Source of the DNA: Rhizomicrobium sp.
GTDB taxonomy: Bacteria; Pseudomonadota; Alphaproteobacteria; Micropepsales; Micropepsaceae
Assembly (NCBI GenBank): GCA_036272695.1
Contig: DATAYG010000079.1
Span: forward strand, 11,214-75,213
Direction: 5' to 3'
DNA: 64,000 nucleotides
Shown: piece by piece, positions 28,561 through 37,048 of the stretch
How positions within the stretch are numbered: the stretch's first letter is position 1
How the letters are laid out: every line of letters begins with the position of its first letter
Notes under the pieces: model-generated
Database searches by the model: none
What the model saw: the letters and a program-made list of their open reading frames with translations, nothing else
Told to the model about the DNA's origin: nothing
Translations under genes and position numbers: made by a program

Positions 28561-28731
28561 GCGCATCCCCTCCAAATCACAAATTAAACCCTAAAGCCGC
28601 ATGGTGAAAGGATTGTTAAGCCCGTGAGCTGAGCCCGACCGGACCTGCACCGACACATGGCATGCTTCCACAGGCCCGGCATGAGGAAATCCGAATTTGC
28701 ATCGACACCGGCGCCGATGGCGGTAAGACGC

Positions 28732-28760
28732 CCCTCATGCTGAGCCCGTCGAAGCACGCA
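28732..28760. repeat. REP-like element (CTTCGAC.GGCTC core), copy 2, inverse orientation
   Basis: CCCTCATGCTGAGCCCGTCGAAGCACGCA; its reverse complement aligns to 16741-16765. Confidence 0.5.
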
Positions 28761-28865
28761 TATTGCCAGTCCAGGGTGATTGGGTGATCGCCTGCGCTGC
28801 CGAGTTTGCCGCGATCAGGAAGAACAATTGTCCGACGAAGATCTGGTTGCCATCCCCCTCAAACG

Positions 28866-29354
28866 AGCCGGGTGAATGGCAACGCGGAGCGCAAGCACGT
28901 TTCGACAAGCTCTGTGGACCGTCAGAACCTCAATATCCGCATGGGCAATCGGCGCACGACGCGCCTCACGAATGCCTTCTCAAAAAAGACCGCGAACCAA
29001 GCCCACATGATGGCGATCTGCTTCATGCACTGCAATTTCGTGCGAATTCACAACACCCTGAAAATCACTCCGGCAACGGCTGCGGGCGTGTCAACCAAAC
29101 TTTGGGAAATGGCCGATATGGTCACGATCCTGGAAGCCGGGGAACGAAAACAGAGCTTGTCGTGATTTCCAAGACCGGGTGGGCTTTCATTGGCGCCCTG
29201 CTTTTCGCGGCGTTCGCGGTGACCATCGCGACGAACCCCCACAGCTACTTGCATGCTTGGTTTACTGGTCAGTGCCTTACGCGGCCGCTTCCGTCAGACT
29301 GCTACCACCGGCGCCGGCTTTGGTGAGGCGGCATCTTCAAACTGACCCACTACC
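28866..29354 (+). mobile_element. Truncated IS1-like element: transposase 3' fragment + small cargo ORF + right TIR
   Basis: RVNGNAERKHVSTSSVDRQNLNIRMGNRRTTRLTNAFSKK...KLWEMADMV aligns to the C-terminus of 29863..30705; ends in TTCAAACTGACCCACTACC (29336-29354). No left TIR or 5' part found. Confidence 0.85.
29162..29326 (+). CDS. 54-aa putative membrane/secreted cargo protein of the truncated element
   Basis: GTG overlaps the transposase-fragment TGA (GTGA); MISKTGWAFIGALLFAAFAVTIATNPHSYLHAWFTGQCLTRPLPSDCYHRRRLW, hydrophobic N-terminus and two Cys. Confidence 0.4.
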   Translation: MISKTGWAFIGALLFAAFAVTIATNPHSYLHAWFTGQCLTRPLPSDCYHRRRLW

Positions 29355-29395
29355 CGCCGCGGGTAGTGGTACAGTTTGAAAACATTTCGGTTGGG

Positions 29396-29866
29396 CTACG
29401 GGACCGTAATTTCGTAATGCGCTGACCACTGCCCTTGCGTGGCAGAGCCATTGCCTATGAAGTCGGTGAAGAGTTCGATCGTGTGAGGGCCGGGCGCCAC
29501 AGAATAGGAGTCTGACCAGTTGCCACCCCCACACGGCGCGGAGTTTGTGGCTCCTTCGCCAGCGTCAACTTGCGTGCCATCGACCGTCACGATGATATAA
29601 AATTGGTCACCGTTATATTGGGCGCAGAGTTGGTCCATGACACTTAAGGCAACGGTACAGCTAAGGTTGTCCTTTGGGCAATTAATCTTTGTTTTTGCAA
29701 CGCTATTGTATCCCACGGACAGAGGGGTGCCTGGATTTCCAGAATCGAGATAGACTTTAATTATCGTGTGCGGCCCGACACGTTGCGGTTCTGCAGCTTT
29801 ACAATCTGAGTCCGCGCCACCGATCAAAAGAAAACCGCACAATAACGAATAGAAGGGTGCCTTCAT
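29396..29866 (-). CDS. Secreted Cys-containing beta-rich hypothetical protein (IS cargo)
   Basis: ATG overlaps the transposase TGA (ATGA); MKAPFYSLLCGFLLIGGA signal-like N-terminus; alternating beta pattern (FYIIVTVDG, HTIELFT, HYEITVP). Confidence 0.65.
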   Translation of the reverse strand: MKAPFYSLLCGFLLIGGADSDCKAAEPQRVGPHTIIKVYLDSGNPGTPLSVGYNSVAKTKINCPKDNLSCTVALSVMDQLCAQYNGDQFYIIVTVDGTQVDAGEGATNSAPCGGGNWSDSYSVAPGPHTIELFTDFIGNGSATQGQWSAHYEITVP

Positions 29867-30705
29867 TGCCGTAGTTCCCAATCTTCGAGCACCTTCACCA
29901 TATCCGACATTTCCCAGAGTTTCGAGGTCACGCCAGCGGCCATCGCCGGGGTGACTTTCAAGGTCTGGTGAATGCGCACGAAATTGTAGTGCATGAAGTA
30001 GATCGCCATCATATGGGCGTGGTTTGCGGCTTTCTTTGAGAAGGCGTTCGTGAGCCTCGTCATGCGCCGGTTTCCCATACGGATATTGAGGTTCTGGCGC
30101 TCCACGTAGCTTGTGGAAACGTGCTTGCGCTCCGGGTTGCCGTTCACCCGATGCTTCTGCGTCCCAACGCATTCCGGCTGGCTGTAGCGGTGCTGGCCAT
30201 CGGTCGGCTGACCGTAAATCTTCACGAGTTGCGCGTAATCGACGTCGGCGCCGAAAGCCTCTTCGACCGCGTTCAGGTACGCCTTGTGCCCGTCGCTGGT
30301 GAGCTGGACGCGATTTGCGAGGCGCGGGGCCAAATCCGTCATGAAATCAAGTGCCGCTTCGCCATCTCGGTTGCCAACATAGAACGACGCGACAAGCTTC
30401 GTGTCCGCGTCCAGACCTACCCACGTCCAGATATCGCCAGAACCGACCGGAGCGGCTTTCGCGGTCGCGAGGTTCTTCTGCTTGCAATAAGAAAACGCCC
30501 ACGCCTCATCGACCTGAAGGCGCTTGCACGGCAGGTTCACAAGCGTCCGGTCCATGTATTCGGAAAATGCCTGCCCGGCATCCTCCAGAAGCTTAATCAG
30601 CGTGGTCCGGCTGATCCCGGTGAGGCGGGTCATGGAGCGGAGCGAAATGCCTTCGGCCATCATCTGGAGGGCTTGGGCGCGTTTCTCGGTCGGCAGCTTG
30701 TTCAT
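29863..30705 (-). CDS. IS1-family DDE transposase (single ORF)
   Basis: N-terminal HTH (EGISLRSMTRLTGISRTT), LQVDEAWAF, WTWVGLDADTKL, LTSDGHKAY, VERQNLNIRMGNRRMTRLTNAFSKK. Confidence 0.88.
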   Translation of the reverse strand: MNKLPTEKRAQALQMMAEGISLRSMTRLTGISRTTLIKLLEDAGQAFSEYMDRTLVNLPCKRLQVDEAWAFSYCKQKNLATAKAAPVGSGDIWTWVGLDADTKLVASFYVGNRDGEAALDFMTDLAPRLANRVQLTSDGHKAYLNAVEEAFGADVDYAQLVKIYGQPTDGQHRYSQPECVGTQKHRVNGNPERKHVSTSYVERQNLNIRMGNRRMTRLTNAFSKKAANHAHMMAIYFMHYNFVRIHQTLKVTPAMAAGVTSKLWEMSDMVKVLEDWELRQ

Positions 30706-30830
30706 GCCGTTAAACTGGCATTTTAATGCTTGACTGTCAACAAGTATCCACAGTTTTTCTACAATTTAGACGTTTACTTCTACAACTAAGGCGCCTACTT
30801 CAATAAGTGACGCTGTTTTAGGGGTCATGT

Positions 30831-32096
30831 ATGGCGCCCAGATCACCGGACGATTGGCAAATGCTGCATTACGAGGCGATGCAGCTGTTCAGCCCGTCTG
30901 CTCCAGTGGACGAAGCGGACCTTTTTGCGGGGCGCCAAGTTCAGATTCGGAAATTAATCGAAACCGTCCTGGAGCGCGGCAAGCACGCCGTCCTATTTGG
31001 CGAGCGTGGGGTGGGGAAAACTTCACTCGCGAAAGTTTTCCGCGTTTTGTTCCCGGCCCTTGTGAGCGAAGTGCGTCTGATAAGGCAACAGTTGAATGCA
31101 GACGATTCGTTCTCGGAAGTTTGGAAAAAGATATTCAAAGAAATTGAGGTTGTCGTCCGTTCAGATGGCGAGGAAAAGCGCATCACTGCCGCCGATTTTT
31201 ACGATAGCACAATCTCTGCAGATGATGTCGTCCGAGAGATAAAAACAGCATTTGGGGGGAATGAGATTCCTGTGATTGTATTTGACGAATTTGATCGCGC
31301 CACCGAAAGCGTTCGTCGGCAGATGGCAAATGTCGTCAAGGACCTGTCCGACGATTCCGTAAATGCCACAGTTGTCATTGTCGGCGTGTCAGATGACATC
31401 GGCGGCCTCCTCGCGGAGCACGCTTCCCTGAAACGCTGCCTTGAACAAGTGCCAATGCCGAGAATGTCCAATGACGAAATGAAGGAAATCATAAACAAGA
31501 GAATTCCCCGTCTGGGAATGAAGATCGAGCCGAATGGATTGTGGAAAATAGTTATCCTGTCTCGTGGGCTGCCTTCGTATGTCCATTTGCTCGGAGTTTA
31601 TTCCGTTCAGGAAGCCATATCGGGGCGCAAATTGCTAATTACTGAAGCGCACGTTGATGCCGCGATTACTAGGGCCTTAGAAAAGTCACAGGAATCGGTA
31701 CGAAGCGATTACGCGGCTGCGATACACACGAACCGTACGGATACTCTATTCCAAGAAGTATTGTTGTCTTGCGCTCTAGCTAAGACCGATGATCGCGGGT
31801 TTTTCACGCCCCAATCCGTTGTCGACCCGTTGGCATCTATACTCAAGAAGTCCGTTAAGATCGCGAACTTTCAAAACCATTTGAAAGAATTCATCGGTAA
31901 AGATAGAGGTGCCATACTTATACGCCGTGGGAAGGAACGCGCCTACAAGTTCCGTTTCTCTGACCCTATGATGCAACCTTACATCATCATGAGGGGCGTG
32001 GAAGGTGGCCTGATTCAGACTAATGCTCTTGACGTTCTTTCTTCGCCTGAGCAGCCGCAGTTCCAGTTCCCCACCGCGCCTCAGAAGCCTTCTTAG
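30831..32096 (+). CDS. AAA+/STAND-like ATPase with probable C-terminal winged helix (IS cargo)
   Basis: LFAGRQVQIRKL, Walker A GERGVGKT, Walker B VIVFDEFD, GLPSYVHLLG; AT-richer than the host genes. Confidence 0.75.
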   Translation: MAPRSPDDWQMLHYEAMQLFSPSAPVDEADLFAGRQVQIRKLIETVLERGKHAVLFGERGVGKTSLAKVFRVLFPALVSEVRLIRQQLNADDSFSEVWKKIFKEIEVVVRSDGEEKRITAADFYDSTISADDVVREIKTAFGGNEIPVIVFDEFDRATESVRRQMANVVKDLSDDSVNATVVIVGVSDDIGGLLAEHASLKRCLEQVPMPRMSNDEMKEIINKRIPRLGMKIEPNGLWKIVILSRGLPSYVHLLGVYSVQEAISGRKLLITEAHVDAAITRALEKSQESVRSDYAAAIHTNRTDTLFQEVLLSCALAKTDDRGFFTPQSVVDPLASILKKSVKIANFQNHLKEFIGKDRGAILIRRGKERAYKFRFSDPMMQPYIIMRGVEGGLIQTNALDVLSSPEQPQFQFPTAPQKPS

Positions 32097-32304
32097 CAAT
32101 TTCTCGGCGCCTTTCTGGGGTAAGGCGTTCGGCCCTCGATTTTCCGCCCTTCAATCCACCCTTACGGGCAAATTCGTGGACACGGTCGATTGGCTTTGGA
32201 GTCGGCTCTGTGGCCTTATCCTCCACCTCTCCGGTCAAGATATCCCCGATAAGCTTGCCTAGCTGGACGGGATCGCGGGGGCGTTTGAGGCGCTTGGCTG
32301 TCAT
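32020..32304 (-). CDS. Small basic protein (KRPRDP / RKGGLKGG...RRREIAKKA motif) next to the IS end
   Basis: MTAKRLKRPRDPVQLGKLIGDILTGE...FARKGGLKGGKSRAERLTPERRREIAKKASEARW; KGG-like basic motif. Confidence 0.7.
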   Translation of the reverse strand: MTAKRLKRPRDPVQLGKLIGDILTGEVEDKATEPTPKPIDRVHEFARKGGLKGGKSRAERLTPERRREIAKKASEARWGTGTAAAQAKKERQEH

Positions 32305-32557
32305 GTTCGCAATATGGCATCCGGGGCGGCAGGATGCGAGCGTGGCTTAGGCGGGGCGGATTTCAAACTGTACCACTACCCCGCCGCGCCTTCCCTTGCC
32401 CCCCACCCCGCTTTCCTATATACGCCGCGGCCTTATGGCGGCTGCGGTCGCGGGACGCCCCTTTCGAGGCGCATGCCGGATGGTCCGGCTTCTCCGCGAG
32501 CCAATGCGAGCCTGGGCACCCTGCCCGGGTACGTACCGCAGCCCGGAAAGGGACGAG

Positions 32558-32935
32558 ATGGCTCTTTACGAGCACCTCCTGATCGCGCGCCAGGATATCA
32601 GCGCGCAACAGGTCGACGCACTGGCGACGCACCTGAAAACCATCGTCGAAGGCGAAGGCGGCAAGGTCGAGAAGCAGGAATATTGGGGCCTGCGCTCGCT
32701 CGCCTACCGTATCAAGAAGAACCGCAAGGGGCATTATGTGCTCCTGAACATCAATGCGCCGGCCAAGGCGGTGCACGAACTGGAACGGCAGCTCAGGATC
32801 AATGAAGACGTGCTGCGCTGCCTGACCGTGAAAGTCGACCAGTTCGAGCAGTCGAATTCCAACAAGGCAAGGCGGGAGCGTGACGGCGAGCGCAAGCCCG
32901 AAGGCGAAACCCAAACCCAGGAGGCCGCGATATGA
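32558..32935 (+). CDS. rpsF: 30S ribosomal protein S6
   Basis: [13 protein letters not shown]...[20 protein letters not shown]...INEDVLR. Start ATG 32558. Confidence 0.97.
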   Translation: MALYEHLLIARQDISAQQVDALATHLKTIVEGEGGKVEKQEYWGLRSLAYRIKKNRKGHYVLLNINAPAKAVHELERQLRINEDVLRCLTVKVDQFEQSNSNKARRERDGERKPEGETQTQEAAI

Positions 32936-33171
32936 GCCAGGCCGGCCAGCGGCGCCCGTTTTTCCGGCGCAAGAAAACCTGTCCTTTCTCCGGCGCAAAC
33001 GCACCGCGGATCGACTACAAGGACGTCAAGCTCCTGCAGCGATTCATCTCGGAGCGCGGCAAGATCGTTCCCTCGCGCATCACCGCGGTGTCTTCGGGCA
33101 AGCAGCGCCTGCTCGCGCTCGCCATCAAGCGCGCGCGTTTCATGGCGCTTCTGCCTTACGTCGTGAAATAG
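32932..33171 (+). CDS. rpsR: 30S ribosomal protein S18
   Basis: [10 protein letters not shown]...IDYKDV...[12 protein letters not shown]...ARFMALLPY; single Cys, so probably the Zn-free type. Confidence 0.97.
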   Translation: MSQAGQRRPFFRRKKTCPFSGANAPRIDYKDVKLLQRFISERGKIVPSRITAVSSGKQRLLALAIKRARFMALLPYVVK

Positions 33172-33181
33172 GAGCGGTCCC

Positions 33182-33757
33182 ATGCAAGTGATCCTGCTTG
33201 AACGGGTCGAGAAGCTCGGCCAGATGGGCGATGTGGTGAAGGTGCGGGACGGTTTCGCCCGCAACTATCTCCTGCCCAAGAAGAAGGCGCTCCGCGCCAC
33301 CGCGCAGAACCGCACTTATTTCGAGACCCAGCGCACGCAACTCGAAGCGCGCAATCTGGAGCGCAAGTCGGAAGCGCAGACGGTGGCGACAAAGCTCGAG
33401 GGCAAAATCTTCGCGCTGCTGCGCCAGGCCGGCGACCGCGGCCAGCTCTACGGCTCGGTATCGCCCCGCGATATCGCGGACATCGTGAGCGCGGGAGGTT
33501 TCAGCATCAGCCGCACCCAGGTGCCGCTCGACAAGGCGATCAAGACGATCGGTCTGTTCCCGGTCTCGGTCGTGCTGCACCCCGAGGTGCGCGTGCACGT
33601 CACGGTCAATGTGGCGCGCACCGAAGATGAGGCCGAGCGCCAGGCACGTGGCGAGGATGTGCTTGCCGAGCAGGTGCCCGAGGAAGAGACGGTGGAAGCC
33701 GCCGAGGTCTTCGAAGAAGGCGCCGTACCGGCCGAAGCCGGGGACGACGCGGAATAA
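33182..33757 (+). CDS. rplI: 50S ribosomal protein L9
   Basis: [13 protein letters not shown]...[12 protein letters not shown]...GQLYGSV. Confidence 0.97.
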   Translation: MQVILLERVEKLGQMGDVVKVRDGFARNYLLPKKKALRATAQNRTYFETQRTQLEARNLERKSEAQTVATKLEGKIFALLRQAGDRGQLYGSVSPRDIADIVSAGGFSISRTQVPLDKAIKTIGLFPVSVVLHPEVRVHVTVNVARTEDEAERQARGEDVLAEQVPEEETVEAAEVFEEGAVPAEAGDDAE

Positions 33758-33825
33758 TAGTTTTTGCTGTATGATCCGTCTGGAGTGCCGGGCCGGATGG
33801 CCCCGGCCCCATCCGGAGGACAGGC

Positions 33826-34650
33826 ATGTCCGCAGTCAGCGAACTGAAGCGCGTCACGGTTCCCGAAATCCGCGGCCACAAGGGCGGCAAGCCGGTCGTC
33901 TGCCTCACCTGTTATCATGCCCATACCGCGCGGCTGCTCGACGAGCATGTCGACCTGATGCTGGTCGGTGACTCTCTCGGCATGGTGATGCACGGGATGG
34001 AGACGACGCTCGGCGTCACGCTCGACATGATGATCCTGCACGGCAACGCGGTGATGCGCGGCTCGCGCCACGCGCTGGTCGTCGTGGACATGCCGTTCGG
34101 TTCATATGAAGAAAGTCCGCAGATCGCCTTCCGCAACGCCGCGCGAGTGATGCAGGAAACCGGCTGCGGGGCGATCAAGCTCGAAGGCGGCGCGCGAATG
34201 GCGGAGACGGTGCATTATCTGTCGCAGCGCGGCGTTCCGGTCATGGCGCATATTGGCCTGACCCCGCAGATGATCCAGGTACTGGGCGGCTTCAAGACGC
34301 AAGGCCGCACCGAAACCGAGTGGCCGGCGATCGAAGCCGATGCGCAAGCCGTGACCGAAGCGGGCGCCTTCGCCGTCGTCCTGGAAGGCATGGCCGAACC
34401 CCTGGCCGCCAGGATCACACGGCAGGTGGCCATCCCCACCATCGGCATCGGCGCTTCGGCGGAGTGCGACGGCCAGATCCTCGTTCTCGAGGATATGCTC
34501 GGTTTGAGCCCCAAGCCGCCCAAATTCGTCCGCCAATATGCCAGCCTTGGCCCCGATATCGAGACGGCGGTGAAATCCTATGCCGCCGATGTGCGGGCGC
34601 GGAGCTTCCCCGGCGCGGAAAACGTCTACGGAATGAAGCGCGCCGGATGA
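33826..34650 (+). CDS. panB: 3-methyl-2-oxobutanoate hydroxymethyltransferase
   Basis: [37 protein letters not shown]...DGQILV. Confidence 0.96.
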   Translation: MSAVSELKRVTVPEIRGHKGGKPVVCLTCYHAHTARLLDEHVDLMLVGDSLGMVMHGMETTLGVTLDMMILHGNAVMRGSRHALVVVDMPFGSYEESPQIAFRNAARVMQETGCGAIKLEGGARMAETVHYLSQRGVPVMAHIGLTPQMIQVLGGFKTQGRTETEWPAIEADAQAVTEAGAFAVVLEGMAEPLAARITRQVAIPTIGIGASAECDGQILVLEDMLGLSPKPPKFVRQYASLGPDIETAVKSYAADVRARSFPGAENVYGMKRAG

Positions 34651-34816
34651 CGCGTCCTTATGTTGTCAGGCCCGCCCAAGCGGGCTAAATCATCGCCCAC
34701 CGTACAGGCCCGGGCGTAGGCTTGGCGGAGCGGGCGGGCGCTTATCCCGCTTTCGTTCCGGACCTCATTGGCAATCGGGCGGGCGCCGCTTCGGCGCCGC
34801 GCAAAGGATCGATTCA

Positions 34817-35614
34817 GTGGCCGACATTTTCCGCGAAGTCGAAGAAGAAGTACGCCGCGAGCGCTACGAGAAGCTGCTGAAGAAATATCGCGATCATCTG
34901 ATCGCGGCAGCTGCGCTCGTCATCATCGCGGTCGCGGGATTCCAGCTGTACCGCGTATACGAACAACGCGAAGCGGAAAAAGCATCGGTCGCGTATGAGG
35001 CAGCGGGACAGCTCCTCGAGGCCAATCAGCCGCGCGCGGCGGAACCGCAATTCGCCGCCCTCGCGAAGAACGCGCCTTCGGGTTACGCGAAGCTTTCGCA
35101 GCTTGCCGAGGCCGATGCGTTGTTCGCCGCCAACGATCACAATGCCGCCATCCGCCTTTACCAGCAGATCGCCAATCAGAGCGACCCCTATCTGTCCGCC
35201 GTGGCGCGCCTGCACGCCGCGTGGACGATTGTTGACGGCGCGTCCAAATCAGAAGTGGAAAACCTGCTCGCGCCGCTCACCGATCCCAGCAACGCCTGGC
35301 ACGATCTTGCGCAGGAAATTCTGGCCTATGCCGATATGCGCGCGGGCAATTCGGCGGCGGCGCTGAAATCCTTTCAGCAGCTTGCCAGGGACCCGAACGC
35401 ACCGTCCGCGCTGCACACAAGAGCGAGCGCGATGGTGCGCTTCCTGAACGGCGGCGGCGCGATCACATACGGACATGTCCCGCAGCCTCCACAGCCGACC
35501 GCGCAGAATTTGCTCCAGCGGCTCGGTCCCAAAGGGTCTCAGCCAGGGAAGCCGGCGCAGGCGGCGCCGACAACCCCCGCGGCCGCCAATTCCAAGGGTC
35601 CTCAGCCGCGATGA
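34817..35614 (+). CDS. YfgM-like TPR membrane protein (ancillary SecYEG subunit family)
   Basis: MADIFREVEEEVRRE, one TM helix, TPR-like helices; conserved synteny upstream of bamB-der. Confidence 0.8.
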   Translation: MADIFREVEEEVRRERYEKLLKKYRDHLIAAAALVIIAVAGFQLYRVYEQREAEKASVAYEAAGQLLEANQPRAAEPQFAALAKNAPSGYAKLSQLAEADALFAANDHNAAIRLYQQIANQSDPYLSAVARLHAAWTIVDGASKSEVENLLAPLTDPSNAWHDLAQEILAYADMRAGNSAAALKSFQQLARDPNAPSALHTRASAMVRFLNGGGAITYGHVPQPPQPTAQNLLQRLGPKGSQPGKPAQAAPTTPAAANSKGPQPR

Positions 35615-37026
35615 AATTTCATGCCTTGCGCGCAAGTCTTTGCGTCGCCTGCCTGCTCGCGCTCGCCGGCTGCGACACGTTCGGCGACATGGGAGATACG
35701 GTTTCCGGCTGGTTCAGCCCGACACACAAGAAATCGAACCTCAAAGGCGAGCGCATTTCGGTGATGGCCGAGGACACGTCGCTCAAGCCCGATCCCGACC
35801 TCGCAAAGACCGATGTCGTTCTGCCGCCGCCCTATGTGAACAAGGAATGGCCCGAGCCCGGCGGTTACGCCGCCAATGCCATGTATCACCTGTCCGCGAA
35901 AGGCCCGCTTCGTACCATTTGGCAGACAGATACCGGCAAAGGATCCGACGATGACTCCCGGCTGACCGCGCCGCCGGTCGTGGTCGATGGCCGGGTCTTC
36001 GTGCTGGACGCTAAGGCGCATGTCTACGCCATCAACACGCGCGACGGCCAAATACTGTGGGACAAGAATCTCGCGCCCCAGGGACCGGACGTTTCCGACA
36101 TCTGGAATGCCTTCGGGATGCTCGGCTCCGACATGGACATCGATCCGTCGAAAGGATTCGGTGGCGGCACGGCCTGTGATGCCGGGAAGCTGTTCGTAAG
36201 CACCGGCTTCGGCAGCGTGTTCGCGCTCGATGCCGCGACGGGCAAAGAGCTCTGGAAAGCCGATCTCGAAGTGCCGATCGTCAACGCGCCGGTGGCCAAT
36301 GGCGGACGGGTGTTTGTTTCCTCCGAGGACAATCACTTCGTGGCGCTCGCCCAGTCTGACGGCCGGGTGTTGTGGGACCATCAGGGTATTTCGGAATCGG
36401 CGGGCATTCTCACAAGCACCAGCGCCGCGGTCGCCGGCGACACGGTGATCGTGCCCTACACCTCTGGCGAGCTTTACGCGATCCGCATCAACACCGGCAC
36501 GCCCGAATGGAACGACATGCTGACCAAATCCGGCAATGTCACAGCACTTTCCGAACTCGACGATATCGCGGGACGGCCGGTCGTCGATCGCGACATGGTG
36601 TTCGCCATCAGCCATTCCGGCATCATGGCGGCCATCAATATCAATACCGGCGAACGCGTCTGGTCGCGCGACATCGGCGGCATCCAGACGCCGTGGGCTG
36701 CGGGCGACTACGTATATGTGCTGACCACGGAGGGCCAGGTGCTCTGCCTCCAGCGCAAGGACGGCAAGGTCAGATGGATCCACCAACTGCCGCGCTGGGA
36801 AGATCCGAAGGATCGTGACACCGCGATCGTGTGGTCCGGACCGGTACTGGTTTCCGATCGGCTGATCCTCGTGTCCTCAGGCGGCAAGGCCATTTCGCTT
36901 TCGCCCTACACGGGCGATCTGCTCGGACGCGTCGACATTCCCGACGGCACCTATATTCCTCCCGTCGTCGCGAACGGCACGCTCTATCTGCTGACGAACG
37001 ACGCGCAACTCGTCGCCATGCGCTGA
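35611..37026 (+). CDS. bamB: BamB-like PQQ-repeat beta-propeller lipoprotein
   Basis: LAGC lipobox, repeated A(L/I)(D/N)xxTG...W motifs; lies between yfgM-like and der. Confidence 0.8.
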   Translation: MKFHALRASLCVACLLALAGCDTFGDMGDTVSGWFSPTHKKSNLKGERISVMAEDTSLKPDPDLAKTDVVLPPPYVNKEWPEPGGYAANAMYHLSAKGPLRTIWQTDTGKGSDDDSRLTAPPVVVDGRVFVLDAKAHVYAINTRDGQILWDKNLAPQGPDVSDIWNAFGMLGSDMDIDPSKGFGGGTACDAGKLFVSTGFGSVFALDAATGKELWKADLEVPIVNAPVANGGRVFVSSEDNHFVALAQSDGRVLWDHQGISESAGILTSTSAAVAGDTVIVPYTSGELYAIRINTGTPEWNDMLTKSGNVTALSELDDIAGRPVVDRDMVFAISHSGIMAAININTGERVWSRDIGGIQTPWAAGDYVYVLTTEGQVLCLQRKDGKVRWIHQLPRWEDPKDRDTAIVWSGPVLVSDRLILVSSGGKAISLSPYTGDLLGRVDIPDGTYIPPVVANGTLYLLTNDAQLVAMR

Positions 37027-37048
37027 GGCGCGCCACGGGCATGTTATA

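Larger units (their letters stand above)
29362..32380 (-). mobile_element. Complete IS1-family cargo-carrying element (3019 bp)
   Basis: Perfect 20-bp TIRs GGTAGTGGTACAGTTTGAAA (29362-29381) / TTTCAAACTGTACCACTACC (32361-32380); 8-bp direct repeat CCGCCGCG at 29354-29361 and 32381-32388. Confidence 0.92.

Noticed and set aside
27247-28587. 446-aa + strand ORF, and similar long ORFs at 3217-4350, 10572-11738, 35602-36786, 36770-38263, 38774-39874, 47578-48693, 48948-50072, 57744-58955
   Set aside because: Antisense shadows of well-supported genes in GC-rich DNA; Arg/Ala/Gly-rich with no recognisable motifs.
28594-28620. TTAA half-sites upstream of the OmpA lipoprotein (possible CtrA box)
   Set aside because: Spacing does not fit TTAA-N7-TTAA.
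28763-29326. 187-aa + strand ORF spanning the IS remnant
   Set aside because: The first two-thirds is an alternate frame of the transposase fragment; only the 3' part from GTG 29162 is a plausible gene.
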